DNA of 64,000 nucleotides from Pocillopora damicornis (Eukaryota): NCBI RefSeq assembly GCF_003704095.1, contig NW_020845097.1, positions 248,001 to 312,000 of the forward strand, read 5' to 3'. Shown piece by piece: positions 62,901 to 64,000 of this stretch (position 1 is its first letter; each line of letters starts with the position of its first letter). The notes under the pieces were generated by a model. It saw only the letters and a program-made list of their open reading frames with translations, ran no database searches and was not told where the DNA came from. The position numbers and the translations under genes were made by a program.

Positions 62901-64000
62901 AGCCTGTCGAATGTGTTTAAGAGTAATTATCATATTTCACTCTCTAGATTTTTCTTTCAGAATGTCTCGTAATCGGTCCGTCATGTACGTTTATCGTGCA
63001 TCCAAAAAAAACGAAAAAAAGATATATCCAGAGTCTTTCTCCGTAGTTAAACTACTGATCGGTCTTCTACCACGATGTTCAAAATAATTTACAAACATGC
63101 TAGAATTTTCGAATGACAATCGTGAGGACGAAACGTCCATTGTGACGTCAATCAAACCTAGTGGGGTGCAAAATTTCAGTGAACAGTATTGAAATTCAAT
63201 GCCGACAGTTGTGTATAAATAAAAAGGTATTGACTGGATACCCTCAAACGGCAACAAAACAAAGGTTTCAAGATGACAAAAACATGTTGACATGATATTA
63301 TTTATATATTATCCCCACACCCTCCCCCGCCGAAAAAAAAAATTGAAAGGGAAACAGAGAAGTGATAAAAACAACTGAGATCTAGATCTGAGAGATAAAA
63401 ATTTGTGGCCAATTCATATACATACAAACTCTCGCCCGCTGATCAAGATGGTACAATTTTATGCTAAGTGCACATTGCTTCATATGTGGTTGATAACTAA
63501 ATGACAAAATTATCCATCTGCAGGTGAACTGCAACGGGACCTGAGAAATTCAAGGGAAAAAAAGCTTGGCGCTGCCTCCTATAGGATACGAAACCATATG
63601 TTGGAGATCACCAACGAGAGACCGTCAAACAGCAACAAAAAGCGTTAGAGTGCAAGAAAACTTACGACTTTCATTTAATAAATTTACAACAAAGAACTCT
63701 GATTCCCGTAGAAATTCACAGTTACAATCCCAAATGCATTCAAGCTTTGTTACCTTTTTTGTTTGATTCAGCGAATTCATGGAAGAATGAATAATAAGAT
63801 ATGACCTCAATCTTCTCCACGCATAAATTGGGCAACAAAGATTTCACGCCAGTAGAGAAGACGTAGTTCGATGGTGAGGATGTTTTTGCGATTATTTATG
63901 GAGCACCTAGTTGCAGTCCTCTTTAGCATAAGTTTTTTTAGCGAGGGAATCGTATTTTAGATCCTTTCATGGAAAATCCTCCAAAAAAAAATTATAATGA

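Noticed and set aside
62200-63650. Possible spliced gene (acceptors near 62201, 62960 and 63523; donor near 62576)
   Set aside because: No consistent reading frame or recognisable protein could be assembled

Overview
This is eukaryotic, AT-rich, intron-containing DNA from a gap-containing draft scaffold. Its repeat families and gene content best fit a scleractinian coral or related anthozoan (inference). Reconstructed gene models from left to right: (1) a secreted 627-aa protein with two tandem three-repeat Cys/Trp-rich modules resembling the biomphalysin N-terminal small lobe, followed by seven single-exon cbEGF-like domains and no pore-forming domain; (2) a convergent 147-aa basic Ser/Pro-rich coiled-coil protein with an SxIP motif; (3) an 8-exon zeta-crystallin/quinone reductase (CRYZ-like) followed by decayed copies of three of its exons; (4) a tandem cluster of five minus-strand TNF-receptor-superfamily genes with EDAR/TROY/XEDAR-type CRDs, a TM helix and, in four copies, a collinear death domain; (5) two convergent intronless class A GPCRs. 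The TNFR array shows birth-and-death features. One copy has a nonsense codon that doubles as an in-frame splice acceptor, and another has a single CRD. A third has a GC donor, inverted and decayed death-domain exons, and a sense-strand hammerhead ribozyme in an intron. Shared features include furin-like stalk sites and IRF/NF-kB-like promoter motifs. SINEs, MITEs and Penelope/DIRS remnants are interspersed. All gene models were spliced by eye. Their CDS lengths close in frame, but none is transcript-verified.
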